Below, piece by piece: positions 57,149 through 64,000 of a stretch of 64,000 nt of DNA. Origin of the DNA: Tepidiformaceae bacterium (GTDB lineage: Bacteria; Chloroflexota; Dehalococcoidia; Tepidiformales; Tepidiformaceae); contig JBPCLM010000135.1 of NCBI GenBank assembly GCA_051003295.1, positions 1,053-65,052 of the forward strand. Direction: 5' to 3'. Made by a program: the position numbers and the translations under genes. Below the pieces are notes generated by a model, which was not told where the DNA came from, did not search any database, and saw only the letters and a program-made list of their open reading frames with translations. How positions within the stretch are numbered: position 1 is the first letter of the stretch; every line of letters begins with the position of its first letter.

Positions 57149-57829
57149 ATGCCCTACCCCCTCCCCTTCGGCGTCCTTGGCGGGACGTTTGACCCGCCGC
57201 ATAGCGGGCACCTGGCGCTGGCCGAGTGCGCGCGCGTGCAGTTCGCGCTCGGACGCGTCCTCTTCGTGCCCGCCGGCGACCCCTGGCGCAAGACGGGGTC
57301 AGGCCCGAGGCCCGAGGCCCGGGGCCCGAGCCCATCACCAACCGCGGCCCCAACCGAAAGTGGACAGGCGCGCGACATCTCCCCCGCCGCCCACCGCCTC
57401 GCGATGGTGCGGCTCGCCATCGCCGGCAACCCCGCCTTCGCCGTCGATGAGCGCGAGCTGCGCCGCCCCGGCCCCTCCTACACCGTCGACACCCTCGAAG
57501 AACTCCGCGCCGAACTGGGCGCCGAATCGTCAATCGTCAATCGTCAGTCGTCGATCGTCCTCGTGCTCGGCGCCGACGCCCTCGACGACCTGCCCCACTG
57601 GAAGGATCCCGCGCGCATCTTCGAGCTCGCCCGCGTCGCCGTCGCCCCCCGCCCGGGCCACCCAGCCCCCACCGCCGGGCCGTCAGCGCTGACGGTGGAG
57701 ATGCCCCCGCTCGCCATCACCTCCAGCGATATCCGCGCGCGCCTGGCCGCCGGCAAGCCCATCCGCTACCTCGTCCCCGACGCCGTCGCCGCCTACATCG
57801 CCGAACACGGCCTCTACCGCCCGGGGTAG
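57149..57829 (+). CDS. nadD: nicotinate-nucleotide adenylyltransferase
   Basis: [29 protein letters not shown] and ISSSDIR-like TSSDIRARL. Contains two in-frame heptamer arrays. Confidence 0.88.
   Translation: MPYPLPFGVLGGTFDPPHSGHLALAECARVQFALGRVLFVPAGDPWRKTGSGPRPEARGPSPSPTAAPTESGQARDISPAAHRLAMVRLAIAGNPAFAVDERELRRPGPSYTVDTLEELRAELGAESSIVNRQSSIVLVLGADALDDLPHWKDPARIFELARVAVAPRPGHPAPTAGPSALTVEMPPLAITSSDIRARLAAGKPIRYLVPDAVAAYIAEHGLYRPG
57300..57334. repeat. heptanucleotide tandem array, CGAGGCC family, 5 units, inside nadD
   Basis: tcaggcc cgaggcc cgaggcc cggggcc cgagccc encodes SGPRPEARGPSP. Confidence 0.8.
57524..57565. repeat. heptanucleotide tandem array, CAATCGT family, 6 units (42 nt, in frame), inside nadD
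   Basis: gaatcgt caatcgt caatcgt cagtcgt cgatcgt cctcgtg encodes ESSIVNRQSSIVLV. Confidence 0.8.
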
Positions 57830-57840
57830 CACCCCCGGAC

Positions 57841-57917
57841 TCAGGCCTCAGGACTCACGACTCATGCCTCATCCCTCATGCCTCATCCCTCATGCCGCAT
57901 CCCTCATCCCTCATCCC
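57841..57917. repeat. heptanucleotide tandem array, TCATSCC family, 11 units
   Basis: tcaggcc tcaggac tcacgac tcatgcc tcatccc tcatgcc tcatccc tcatgcc gcatccc tcatccc tcatccc, between convergent nadD and a CoA-transferase gene. Confidence 0.85.
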
Positions 57918-59131
57918 TACCCAATCACTCCCGCCGTCGCCAGCCGGTCCAGTTCCTCCCCTTCGATGCCCATCTCCGCCAGCACCTCGAAGGTGTGCTC
58001 CCCCAGGTCCGGCGCCGGGCCGCGCGCGCCCGTGTCCGTGCCGTAGAGCTTGAAGGGCGTGTCCAGCGTCTCGAACGATCCGAACTGAGGGTGCTCGATG
58101 GTCGCGAACCAGCCCATTTCGTGCACCTGCGGGTCCTCGATCATGTCCGTCATCGTGGCCACAGGCGCCCAGATGAGGCCCGCCTCGTCCATCTTCGCCC
58201 CCCAGTAGTCGCGCGGGTGCTCCGCCATGATGCCCTCGATCTCCTCCGTCAGCGCCGTCGTCTGCGCGCGCAGCTTGGGGATGTCGTTGTAGCGTTCGTC
58301 AGTCGCCCACTCGGGCCGCCCCGCCGCCGCGCAGAACGCCGGCCAGTGCCGCGGGAACGGCACCGGGTTCACCAGCAGCAACCAGAGCCCATCGCCGCAC
58401 TGGTACGAATTCCAGATCGGGTTCACCGGCGCCTTGCGGCTGATGCGCGGCGGGTTCTGCTTCGAAACCAACCCCGCCGCGAAATCGCCCGCGATCGTCC
58501 ACATGCCCGTCGCCTGCAGCGTCAGCTCCACGTGCTGGCCCTCGTCCGTCTTGTCGCGCATGCGGAGGGCGGCGAGCGTGGCCGCGAGCACATTCAGCGC
58601 CGTCGTGTGGTCGCCCTGCCCCCCGCGGCAGAGCGGCGGCGGCGCGTCCGGCTCCGCCAGCAGGCCCATGATCCCAGAACGCGCCCAGAACGCCGCGAAG
58701 TCGAACCCCGGCCGGTCTTCATCCGGACCGCGTGTGCCGTAGCCGCTGAAGGAGACGTAGATCGCCTTCTCGTTCACCGCGCGCACGTCATCGAACGTCA
58801 GCCCGTAACGTACGCGCCGCCGCTGCACCAGGTTCGTCAGGAAGATGTCGCACGACTCCGCCATCTTGCGCACCAGCTCCGGCCCGCCCGCCTTCTCCAG
58901 GTCGACCGTCACCGAACGCTTGCCGCGGTTGTCGAGCTGGAACGCGTAGTTCGTGGCGAAGTCGTGGTCGTAGCCCATCGAACGCAGGATGAAGTGCCGG
59001 TAGATGTCGCCCGATGGCGGCTCGATTTTGATGACGTCGGCGCCCATATCGGCCATGAGAGCCGTGGCGGCGGGCGCTGCCAGCCAGTTCGCGACCTCCA
59101 GCACACGGATGCCATCGAGTGGTGCGGCCAT
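57917..59131 (-). CDS. CoA-transferase family III (CaiB/BaiF) protein
   Basis: GIRVLEVANWLAAPAATALMADMGADVIKIEPP is a typical N-terminal motif. Confidence 0.9.
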   Translation of the reverse strand: MAAPLDGIRVLEVANWLAAPAATALMADMGADVIKIEPPSGDIYRHFILRSMGYDHDFATNYAFQLDNRGKRSVTVDLEKAGGPELVRKMAESCDIFLTNLVQRRRVRYGLTFDDVRAVNEKAIYVSFSGYGTRGPDEDRPGFDFAAFWARSGIMGLLAEPDAPPPLCRGGQGDHTTALNVLAATLAALRMRDKTDEGQHVELTLQATGMWTIAGDFAAGLVSKQNPPRISRKAPVNPIWNSYQCGDGLWLLLVNPVPFPRHWPAFCAAAGRPEWATDERYNDIPKLRAQTTALTEEIEGIMAEHPRDYWGAKMDEAGLIWAPVATMTDMIEDPQVHEMGWFATIEHPQFGSFETLDTPFKLYGTDTGARGPAPDLGEHTFEVLAEMGIEGEELDRLATAGVIG

Positions 59132-59224
59132 GGGGGATCCCTCCAGCGGTGCGCTGCGTGGCGGCGCCTGGGCCGCCCGCGCGGTGCCCGATTCTACCAG
59201 CCGCCGGGAGAGAAGCGGGCGAAC

Positions 59225-61465
59225 CTACCCCGGGATCTCGCCGATGACCGCCTCCTCGCGCAGGGCCGCGATCTCCCCCGCGCTGAGGCCGAGCCCGGCC
59301 AACACTTCCTCGTTGTGTTCGCCCAGCAGCGGCGCCGGGCGGCTCGACCGTGGCCGCACCCCATCGCGCACGATCGGCAGCGAAGGGTACAGGTGGTACC
59401 CCACGTGCGCGCGCTCGCTCCCCTCCCAGAACCCCGCCGATGCGAACGGCTCCGCGCCGAGTACGTCGGTGTCGCTGTGCATGGGGGCCGCCGCCACGCC
59501 CGCCGCCTGCAGTTCGGCCGCCAGGTCGTCGCGGTCGCGGTTGGCCGTCCATTCCGCCAGTCGAGCCGAGAGTAGCCCGCGATGGGCCGCGCGCCCTTCC
59601 GCCGTCGCGAAACGTGCCTCAGCAGCCCACGGGCTGACGATGAGCGCGCTCAGCGCCGCCCACTCGGCATCCGTGGCCACCTCGATCGCGACCCAGCGGT
59701 CGTCGCCAGCGCAGGGGAACAGGCCGGAGGGCTCGCTACCGGCGCGCCGGTTCCCCTGCCGTGAGGGGATAGCCCCCTCGCGCTGGTAGCGGATGAGCGC
59801 GTCCGTTACGAGCGGCAGGAACCCCTCCAGTTGCGCCGCCTCGATGCAGCGCCCGCGGCCGTCCCTCGCCCGCGCGGCCAACCCCGCCACCACCGCAACC
59901 GTGCCCGTGAGGCCGCTGATGGGGTCGCCAAGGGCGTTGCTCAGCATGCACGGCGGCCCGTCCTCATACCCCATCAGTGCCGTCAGCCCTGACATGCCCT
60001 CGATCGTGTTCCCGAACGCCTGGTAGCTCGCCTCGGGGCCGTCGCTTCCGAAGCCGGGCTGGCGCAGCAAGATGAGCCCCGGGTTCTCCGCACTGAGGAC
60101 GTCGTACGACAGCCCGAGCTTTTCCAGCACTCCCGCCGCGAAGTTCTCGATCACCACGTCTGCGCTGCCGATGAGCTGCCGCGCGACTTCCTTCCCGAGT
60201 GCCGTCGCCAGGTCGAGCGTCAACCCGCGCTTCCCCCGGTTGGTGGCGTTGAACACGTGGCTGTGTTCGTGGAGGGCGTTCGTCGGGTCGTCGCCGGGTG
60301 GGCGCGAACCCCGCCACCAGTCGAAGTGGCGGTGGCTCTCGACCTTGATCACGTCCGCGCCGTAGCAGGCGAGGATGTGTCCCACAAGCGGCCCTGCCCA
60401 CCCCATCGAAAGGTCCACGACGCGCACGCGTCCGGGCGCCCACGGCCCGTCCGGGTGCTCCCCCTGCCCTGCCGCCAGCGATTCTTCCCGCACCCTTGCC
60501 GGCGCGCCCGCGACCCGCAATTGCCGACCCGCCGCCGTCGCGACGGTATGCCACGCCCCGCGCGCTCGAAGCTGCGGCGAATCGAGCACCTCGGCCACGT
60601 CCGGGTGCGCGGAGCAGGGGATGCGCGCCGCCTGCAGCGTGTGGAACACCTCGAAGCGCGTGCGCTCCGCGAGCCACGGGAGCAGGTAGCCATCCAGCGC
60701 CTCCATGTTCTGGGCCCGCACGACGGAGTCCGCAAAGCGCGCGTCCGACGGCAGCTCCGGGTGCCCGATGACTTCGCAGAGCCGCAGCCACTGCGGGTGC
60801 AGCGCTACGTGCAGCCCGATCCAGCCATCCTTGCAGGGCAGCGTCGCGAGCGTCGCCTGTGCCCCGCTGAAGCGATTCCCCGCCCGCTCGCGGTGGATGC
60901 CGTGGTACTGGAAGCCGACCGGGTCGTAGATCATCGTCGCGAGCACCGCCTCGGCCATCGAGACGCCGCTGAGCCCTGGCGCCGTTGGAGCCAGACCGGC
61001 GAGCGACATCGTGGCCTCGATAGCCGCAAACAACCCCGCCGTGAACTGGCCCTGCGCGCCCGGCGGCCCCAGCGGCTCCCGCCCCGGTTCGCCCACGGCC
61101 GACATCCAGCCGCCCGCCGCGTGCAGCCCGAGGTCCGTCGCGCGCCGCCCGCTCCAGGGGCCCTCGAAGCCCCATGGCGTCAGCCATACGACCTGCCGCC
61201 GCCGCGCTTCCGTAGCGAGGGACGTGCGGTTCGCTGCGGTCACTGGCGCGTCGGTGATGAGCGTGCCCGCGCCGTCAAAGCCGGGTTCGCCGTCAAAGCG
61301 CGTGCCCTCGCCCAGGAAGGCCCCGAGGCCCTCCGGGTCCAGCGCGGTCGTTTGCTCCACCTCGGCGCCGAACTGGCGCAGCAGCCAGCCTGCGTACGCC
61401 GCCGCCACCCCGTAGGAAGCGACCGTGAAGCGCGCGCCGGGCAGCAATTCCATGCGCGCCATCAT
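59225..61465 (-). CDS. fused double CoA-transferase family III protein (degenerate N-terminal module plus canonical C-terminal module)
   Basis: Second module: VRVVDLSMGWAGPLVGHILACYGADVIKVE. The first module has the same fold pattern without the canonical motif. Start among ATGs at 61465, 61462 and 61453. Confidence 0.8.
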   Translation of the reverse strand: MMARMELLPGARFTVASYGVAAAYAGWLLRQFGAEVEQTTALDPEGLGAFLGEGTRFDGEPGFDGAGTLITDAPVTAANRTSLATEARRRQVVWLTPWGFEGPWSGRRATDLGLHAAGGWMSAVGEPGREPLGPPGAQGQFTAGLFAAIEATMSLAGLAPTAPGLSGVSMAEAVLATMIYDPVGFQYHGIHRERAGNRFSGAQATLATLPCKDGWIGLHVALHPQWLRLCEVIGHPELPSDARFADSVVRAQNMEALDGYLLPWLAERTRFEVFHTLQAARIPCSAHPDVAEVLDSPQLRARGAWHTVATAAGRQLRVAGAPARVREESLAAGQGEHPDGPWAPGRVRVVDLSMGWAGPLVGHILACYGADVIKVESHRHFDWWRGSRPPGDDPTNALHEHSHVFNATNRGKRGLTLDLATALGKEVARQLIGSADVVIENFAAGVLEKLGLSYDVLSAENPGLILLRQPGFGSDGPEASYQAFGNTIEGMSGLTALMGYEDGPPCMLSNALGDPISGLTGTVAVVAGLAARARDGRGRCIEAAQLEGFLPLVTDALIRYQREGAIPSRQGNRRAGSEPSGLFPCAGDDRWVAIEVATDAEWAALSALIVSPWAAEARFATAEGRAAHRGLLSARLAEWTANRDRDDLAAELQAAGVAAAPMHSDTDVLGAEPFASAGFWEGSERAHVGYHLYPSLPIVRDGVRPRSSRPAPLLGEHNEEVLAGLGLSAGEIAALREEAVIGEIPG

Positions 61466-61516
61466 ACCGGCATGGCACGCACCGCCGCCCCGTTCGACAG
61501 CCATCGCGAGGCTCCC

Positions 61517-61522
61517 CACAAT
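61517..61522 (+). promoter_or_regulatory. candidate -10-like (CACAAT) of a leaderless transcript
   Basis: CACAAT, then 7 nt, then the ATG at 61530. The first base is non-consensus. Confidence 0.3.
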
Positions 61523-61529
61523 CGGCGCC

Positions 61530-62567
61530 ATGGACCCCATCGCGGCGCTGCAGCGCATCGCCTTCCTGCTCGAACGTGCGGGTGAGCCGGGCTACCGCGT
61601 GCAGGCATTTCGCCGCGCCGCCGCCACCCTCGGGGCCCTCCCCGAAGGTGAGCTCGCCGCACGCGCTCGCGCCGGCACGCTGCGGACGCTCCCCGGAATC
61701 GGCGAGTCGACCGCGCGCGTCGTCGCCGAGGCGGCCGGCGGCGCCATCCCCGCCTACCTTCAGCGCCTGGAGGCGGCCGCCGCCTCCGCTCCTGCGCCGG
61801 TCGAAGGGTCCGCGGCCGTCATCCGCGCCGCTCTCCGCGGCGATTGCCACACCCATTCCGAGTGGTCCGATGGCGGCAGCCCCATCGATGTCATGGCCGA
61901 AACCGCCCGCGCTCTCGGCCACGACTACATCGTCCTCACGGACCACTCACCGCGCCTCACGGTGGCGCGCGGCCTCAGCCCCGAGCGTCTGCGTCAACAG
62001 CTCGACGTCGTCGCCGCCCTCAACGAACGCCTCGCGCCCTTCCGCATCCTCACGGGCATCGAAGTCGACATCCTCGATGACGGTGCCCTCGACCAGGAGG
62101 ATGAGCTGCTCGCTCGCCTCGAGGTGGTGGTCGCCAGCGTGCACAGCAAGCTGCGCATGGAGCGCGCGCCCATGACGCGCCGCCTGCTCGCGGCCATCGC
62201 CAACCCGCACATGGACATCCTCGGGCACTGCACGGGCCGCATGAAGACCACCAACAAAGACCGCCCCGAATCAGAATTCGATGCTGCGCTCGTGTTCGCC
62301 GCTTGCGTGCGCTTCGACAAGGCCGTGGAGATTAACTGCCGCCCCGAACGGCGCGACCCACCGCGCCGGCTGCTGCGCCTCGCCGTGGAGGCCGGCTGCC
62401 GCTTCGCCATCGATACGGACGCGCACGCGCCCGGGCAACTGGATTGGCTCGGCAACGGCACGGCACGCGCCGCCGAATGCGGAGTGCCCGTAGAGCGCAT
62501 CGTCAATACGTTCGAAGCAGACGCTCTTGTTGCGTGGGCGAGAAGCCACGCAGACGAATCTTCGTGA
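61530..62567 (+). CDS. PHP-domain phosphoesterase with N-terminal PolX-like helix-hairpin-helix domain
   Basis: LPGIGESTA (HhH) and DCHTHSEWSDG (PHP HxH motif). No nucleotidyltransferase core between them. Confidence 0.85.
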   Translation: MDPIAALQRIAFLLERAGEPGYRVQAFRRAAATLGALPEGELAARARAGTLRTLPGIGESTARVVAEAAGGAIPAYLQRLEAAAASAPAPVEGSAAVIRAALRGDCHTHSEWSDGGSPIDVMAETARALGHDYIVLTDHSPRLTVARGLSPERLRQQLDVVAALNERLAPFRILTGIEVDILDDGALDQEDELLARLEVVVASVHSKLRMERAPMTRRLLAAIANPHMDILGHCTGRMKTTNKDRPESEFDAALVFAACVRFDKAVEINCRPERRDPPRRLLRLAVEAGCRFAIDTDAHAPGQLDWLGNGTARAAECGVPVERIVNTFEADALVAWARSHADESS

Positions 62568-62570
62568 CGG

Positions 62571-62589
62571 GGACCAGCCCGGCTGGTCC
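62571..62589. terminator. short hairpin between convergent genes
   Basis: GGACCAGCC-c-GGCTGGTCC. No T tract. Confidence 0.3.
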
Positions 62590-62595
62590 GGACGC

Positions 62596-63066
62596 CTAGC
62601 GGGGGCTGCCAGCCGCGTGGGCGCGCTCGATTATGGGGAAGTACTCCGCCCGCAGCCTCTCCGGCTCTGACGGGACTCCCTCCCGGGCGATGTCGGCGAC
62701 TTCGGGTTCATCGACGGTGCAGAAGAACACGAGGTCGCCGGGCGCGGGCCGCCGTGCCGGCCGGTCCAGCCCACCGAGCCACGTGCGCTCGCCGTCATCG
62801 CGGGCAAGCGGTTTGCCGGCGGCGTTGCTGCGCGTCACCGCTACGCGGTCACCCGCAACTTCCTCCACCGTCCCCGTCATCCACCGCCAGACGACCTCAG
62901 GCGCCTGCGGGGCGCGGTCGATGGCCACGAGCTGGCCCGGCCGCACTTTGATCCTGTCCTGGACGGCCGCGCCGTAGCGCACCTCCAGGGGTTCATGACT
63001 TTCGAGCGAGCGCACGCGGCAACCCGCGTCCCCGCACGAAAGCACCAGTGCGAGTTCCAAATCCAA
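62596..63066 (-). CDS. hypothetical protein
   Basis: The C-terminal ~155 aa of ORF 62596..63474 look coding. TTG at 63066 lies 9 nt after AGGAG. The upstream part of the ORF is Arg/Gly junk. Confidence 0.45.
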   Translation of the reverse strand: MDLELALVLSCGDAGCRVRSLESHEPLEVRYGAAVQDRIKVRPGQLVAIDRAPQAPEVVWRWMTGTVEEVAGDRVAVTRSNAAGKPLARDDGERTWLGGLDRPARRPAPGDLVFFCTVDEPEVADIAREGVPSEPERLRAEYFPIIERAHAAGSPR

Positions 63067-63446
63067 TGACGTTTTCTCCTGGGTTTCCAGCGCCCGGCAA
63101 ATCGCCGGGCAGGGGGCGAACCCGGCCGCGCCGCGACCCGCCAGGGGTCGTTTGGGTGCCGCCCCTACGGGCGCGAGCGCGCCTGAGGAGACGGCATCCC
63201 GGGCGTTGCCGGGGAGAGCTGTTGTACGAATGCCGTTTGCATAGCCGCCTCCTTCCCGCTCGCGCCAATCGTCGCCCCGAGCGCCGCGGACGTCAACCTC
63301 CGACCGCCGGCCGCGTCCCGGCCTACACCCGGCTCTTGCATTCGCCCTGCGACGCCTGCGGGAACCTTCTGCGCCCCCCCGGCGTTTGGCTATTTGATGG
63401 CCGCGCGCACCTCGCTGATACTGGACACGCCCCGGGGAACGACGCC

Positions 63447-64000
63447 TTGGCCCATCAACAACGCTTCTGCCCACTATGCAACCGCGCCTTCAACGAAGGC
63501 GAAGCTGTGCTTCGCTGCGAAGGCTGCGAAGTCCTCCACCACCCCGGCTGCTGGGTCAAGAACGGTGGCTGCGCGACGCCCTCGGAACATCGCGTCGCTC
63601 CCATCGCACTCGCCTACCAACAGAATGCCGCCCCCATCGCCCCAACCAGCAGCGGCGCGCCCGACCTTTCCGACGCCACGGATGCAGACGATCCGGCCCC
63701 TGCCCTCGCGGCGGGCGTGGCCGTCATCGGCGCCGGCGCGACCGGCCGGCCCCCGCCGGCGGGCGGCGATGTCCTCGCTTCGGGACGCGTCATCCACCGT
63801 GGCGAGCCACTCCCCACGCACGTGGACCCGCCCACGCCGCCGCGGCGCTACGTCCCCGCGCCACCCGGCCCGGCCTCCGGCGCTCGCCCGATGCCTCGTA
63901 TCTACCGGCGGAACCGGCTGCTCGGATACTGGTACTTCCCGGCGGCCGCCCTCCTCGCCGTTGGCATCGCCTTCGGCGTCATCTGGCTGTTCGACCGCAT
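63447..64000 (+). CDS. zinc-ribbon (4-Cys) membrane protein, 3'-truncated by the window end
   Basis: Not in the ORF track because there is no stop in the window. Reads (TTG)AHQQRFCPLCNRAFNEGEAVLRCEGCEVLHHPGCW, then a Pro-rich linker, then a TM helix (AAALLAVGIAFGVIWLF). Confidence 0.5.
   Translation, partial: MAHQQRFCPLCNRAFNEGEAVLRCEGCEVLHHPGCWVKNGGCATPSEHRVAPIALAYQQNAAPIAPTSSGAPDLSDATDADDPAPALAAGVAVIGAGATGRPPPAGGDVLASGRVIHRGEPLPTHVDPPTPPRRYVPAPPGPASGARPMPRIYRRNRLLGYWYFPAAALLAVGIAFGVIWLFDR

Noticed and set aside
57841-57917. Heptamer arrays considered as a CRISPR or other spacer-containing array.
   Set aside because: The units are 7 nt and directly tandem, with no spacers. There are no cas genes and no 25-40-nt repeats.

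Overview
High-GC bacterial chromosomal segment with about 60 protein-coding genes. I found no rRNA, tRNA or CRISPR array by eye. All family names come from motifs read in the supplied translations; no database search was possible. GroEL and the ribosomal proteins look Chloroflexota/Thermomicrobia-like, but that is only an impression.

Core and housekeeping content:
- rpsT and rplJ-rplL, the latter with a leader/attenuator.
- groEL, and hrcA-grpE-dnaK. Both units lie behind CIRCE operators that are embedded in their promoters.
- sodN-sodX (nickel SOD and its maturation peptidase), pdxT, tmk, asd, nadD, thpR and a TupABC-like transporter.
- Several SDR, ADH, aldolase, CoA-transferase and methyltransferase genes.

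Accessory content:
1. A translationally coupled surface-glycan cluster (about 22.6-34.0 kb). It holds a Wzx flippase, a GT-B protein and a Wzy-like polymerase with an unusual periplasmic insert. It also holds a GT4, a secreted internally repeated protein of unknown family, a tandem-duplicated and fused GT2, and wecB.
2. A visibly lower-GC island (53.9-57.1 kb) between hrcA and nadD. It carries a DUF262/DUF1524 (GmrSD-like) nuclease, a Cys/His-rich protein of unknown family and a small protein whose start overlaps it divergently. It also carries an orphan Phd/YefM antitoxin bracketed by a 176-bp duplication of the nadD 5' end.
3. A small accessory patch (46.2-49.0 kb) with Uma2, DinB and VapBC.

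The window is peppered with repeats. There are four sequence families of heptanucleotide tandem arrays, some in frame inside CDSs. There is a GGGAGAGGGG-hairpin REP/MITE family, and a 30-nt repeat that flanks one Uma2 gene in inverted orientation. Many genes appear leaderless (TANNNT, then 6-7 nt, then the start codon). The many long Arg/Ala/Gly-rich ORFs antisense to real genes are treated as GC-driven shadow ORFs.
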